DNA of 64,000 nt, from IMG/VR virus record IMGVR_UViG_3300049002_000006, positions 18,147 to 82,146 of that record; one strand, given 5' to 3'. The DNA is from a virus. Under the pieces are notes generated by a model that saw nothing but the letters and a program-made list of their open reading frames with translations, searched no databases and was not told where the DNA came from. Shown here one piece after another: positions 64,000 to 64,000 of this stretch (within the stretch, counting starts at the first letter, position 1; each line of letters opens with the position of its first letter). The position numbers and the translations under genes are program-made.

Positions 64000-64000
64000 G

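Noticed and set aside
1-64000. Stop-codon reassignment or prophage status
   Set aside because: Genes are full length and tightly coupled under the standard code; no integrase, att site or host housekeeping flank is visible, so lifestyle cannot be determined from this window

Overview
The whole window is part of a tailed dsDNA phage genome (siphovirus-type, long non-contractile tail), probably infecting a planctomycete (Gemmataceae-like). The left arm (1-24454, + strand) is morphogenesis: a beta-helix/Ig/DUF4082 adhesin, portal, a cluster of membrane and secreted genes including an ethylene-receptor-like membrane domain and a papain-like protease, prohead protease, decoration protein, HK97-fold major capsid protein, neck, tail tube, frameshifted tail chaperone, tape measure and tail tip. 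The right arm (24451-64000, - strand) is replication, recombination and DNA modification: a split Rad50 around Mre11, resolvase, 5'-3' exonuclease, ThyX, RecA, SSB, UvsY-like mediator, DnaX clamp loader, a split family A polymerase (UDG+exonuclease / polymerase), beta-clamp, DnaB-like helicase, primase, SNF2 helicase and a sigma-like factor. The strongest candidate for an undescribed system is a 7-deazaguanine DNA-modification cluster (queD, queE, folE, dpdL-like, GT-B glycosyltransferase, dpdA-like; no queC in the window), which suggests a sugar-hypermodified deazaguanine base. Other notable items are six dispersed GGCCGATC-N33-35-GATCGGCC intergenic elements, two paralogous winged-helix proteins, a kinase-less ethylene-receptor-like protein, and a three-way-junction RNA ahead of an unlisted 32-aa membrane peptide. 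No terminase, integrase, recognisable endolysin, tRNA or CRISPR array was found. All calls come from reading motifs by eye; no searches were run.
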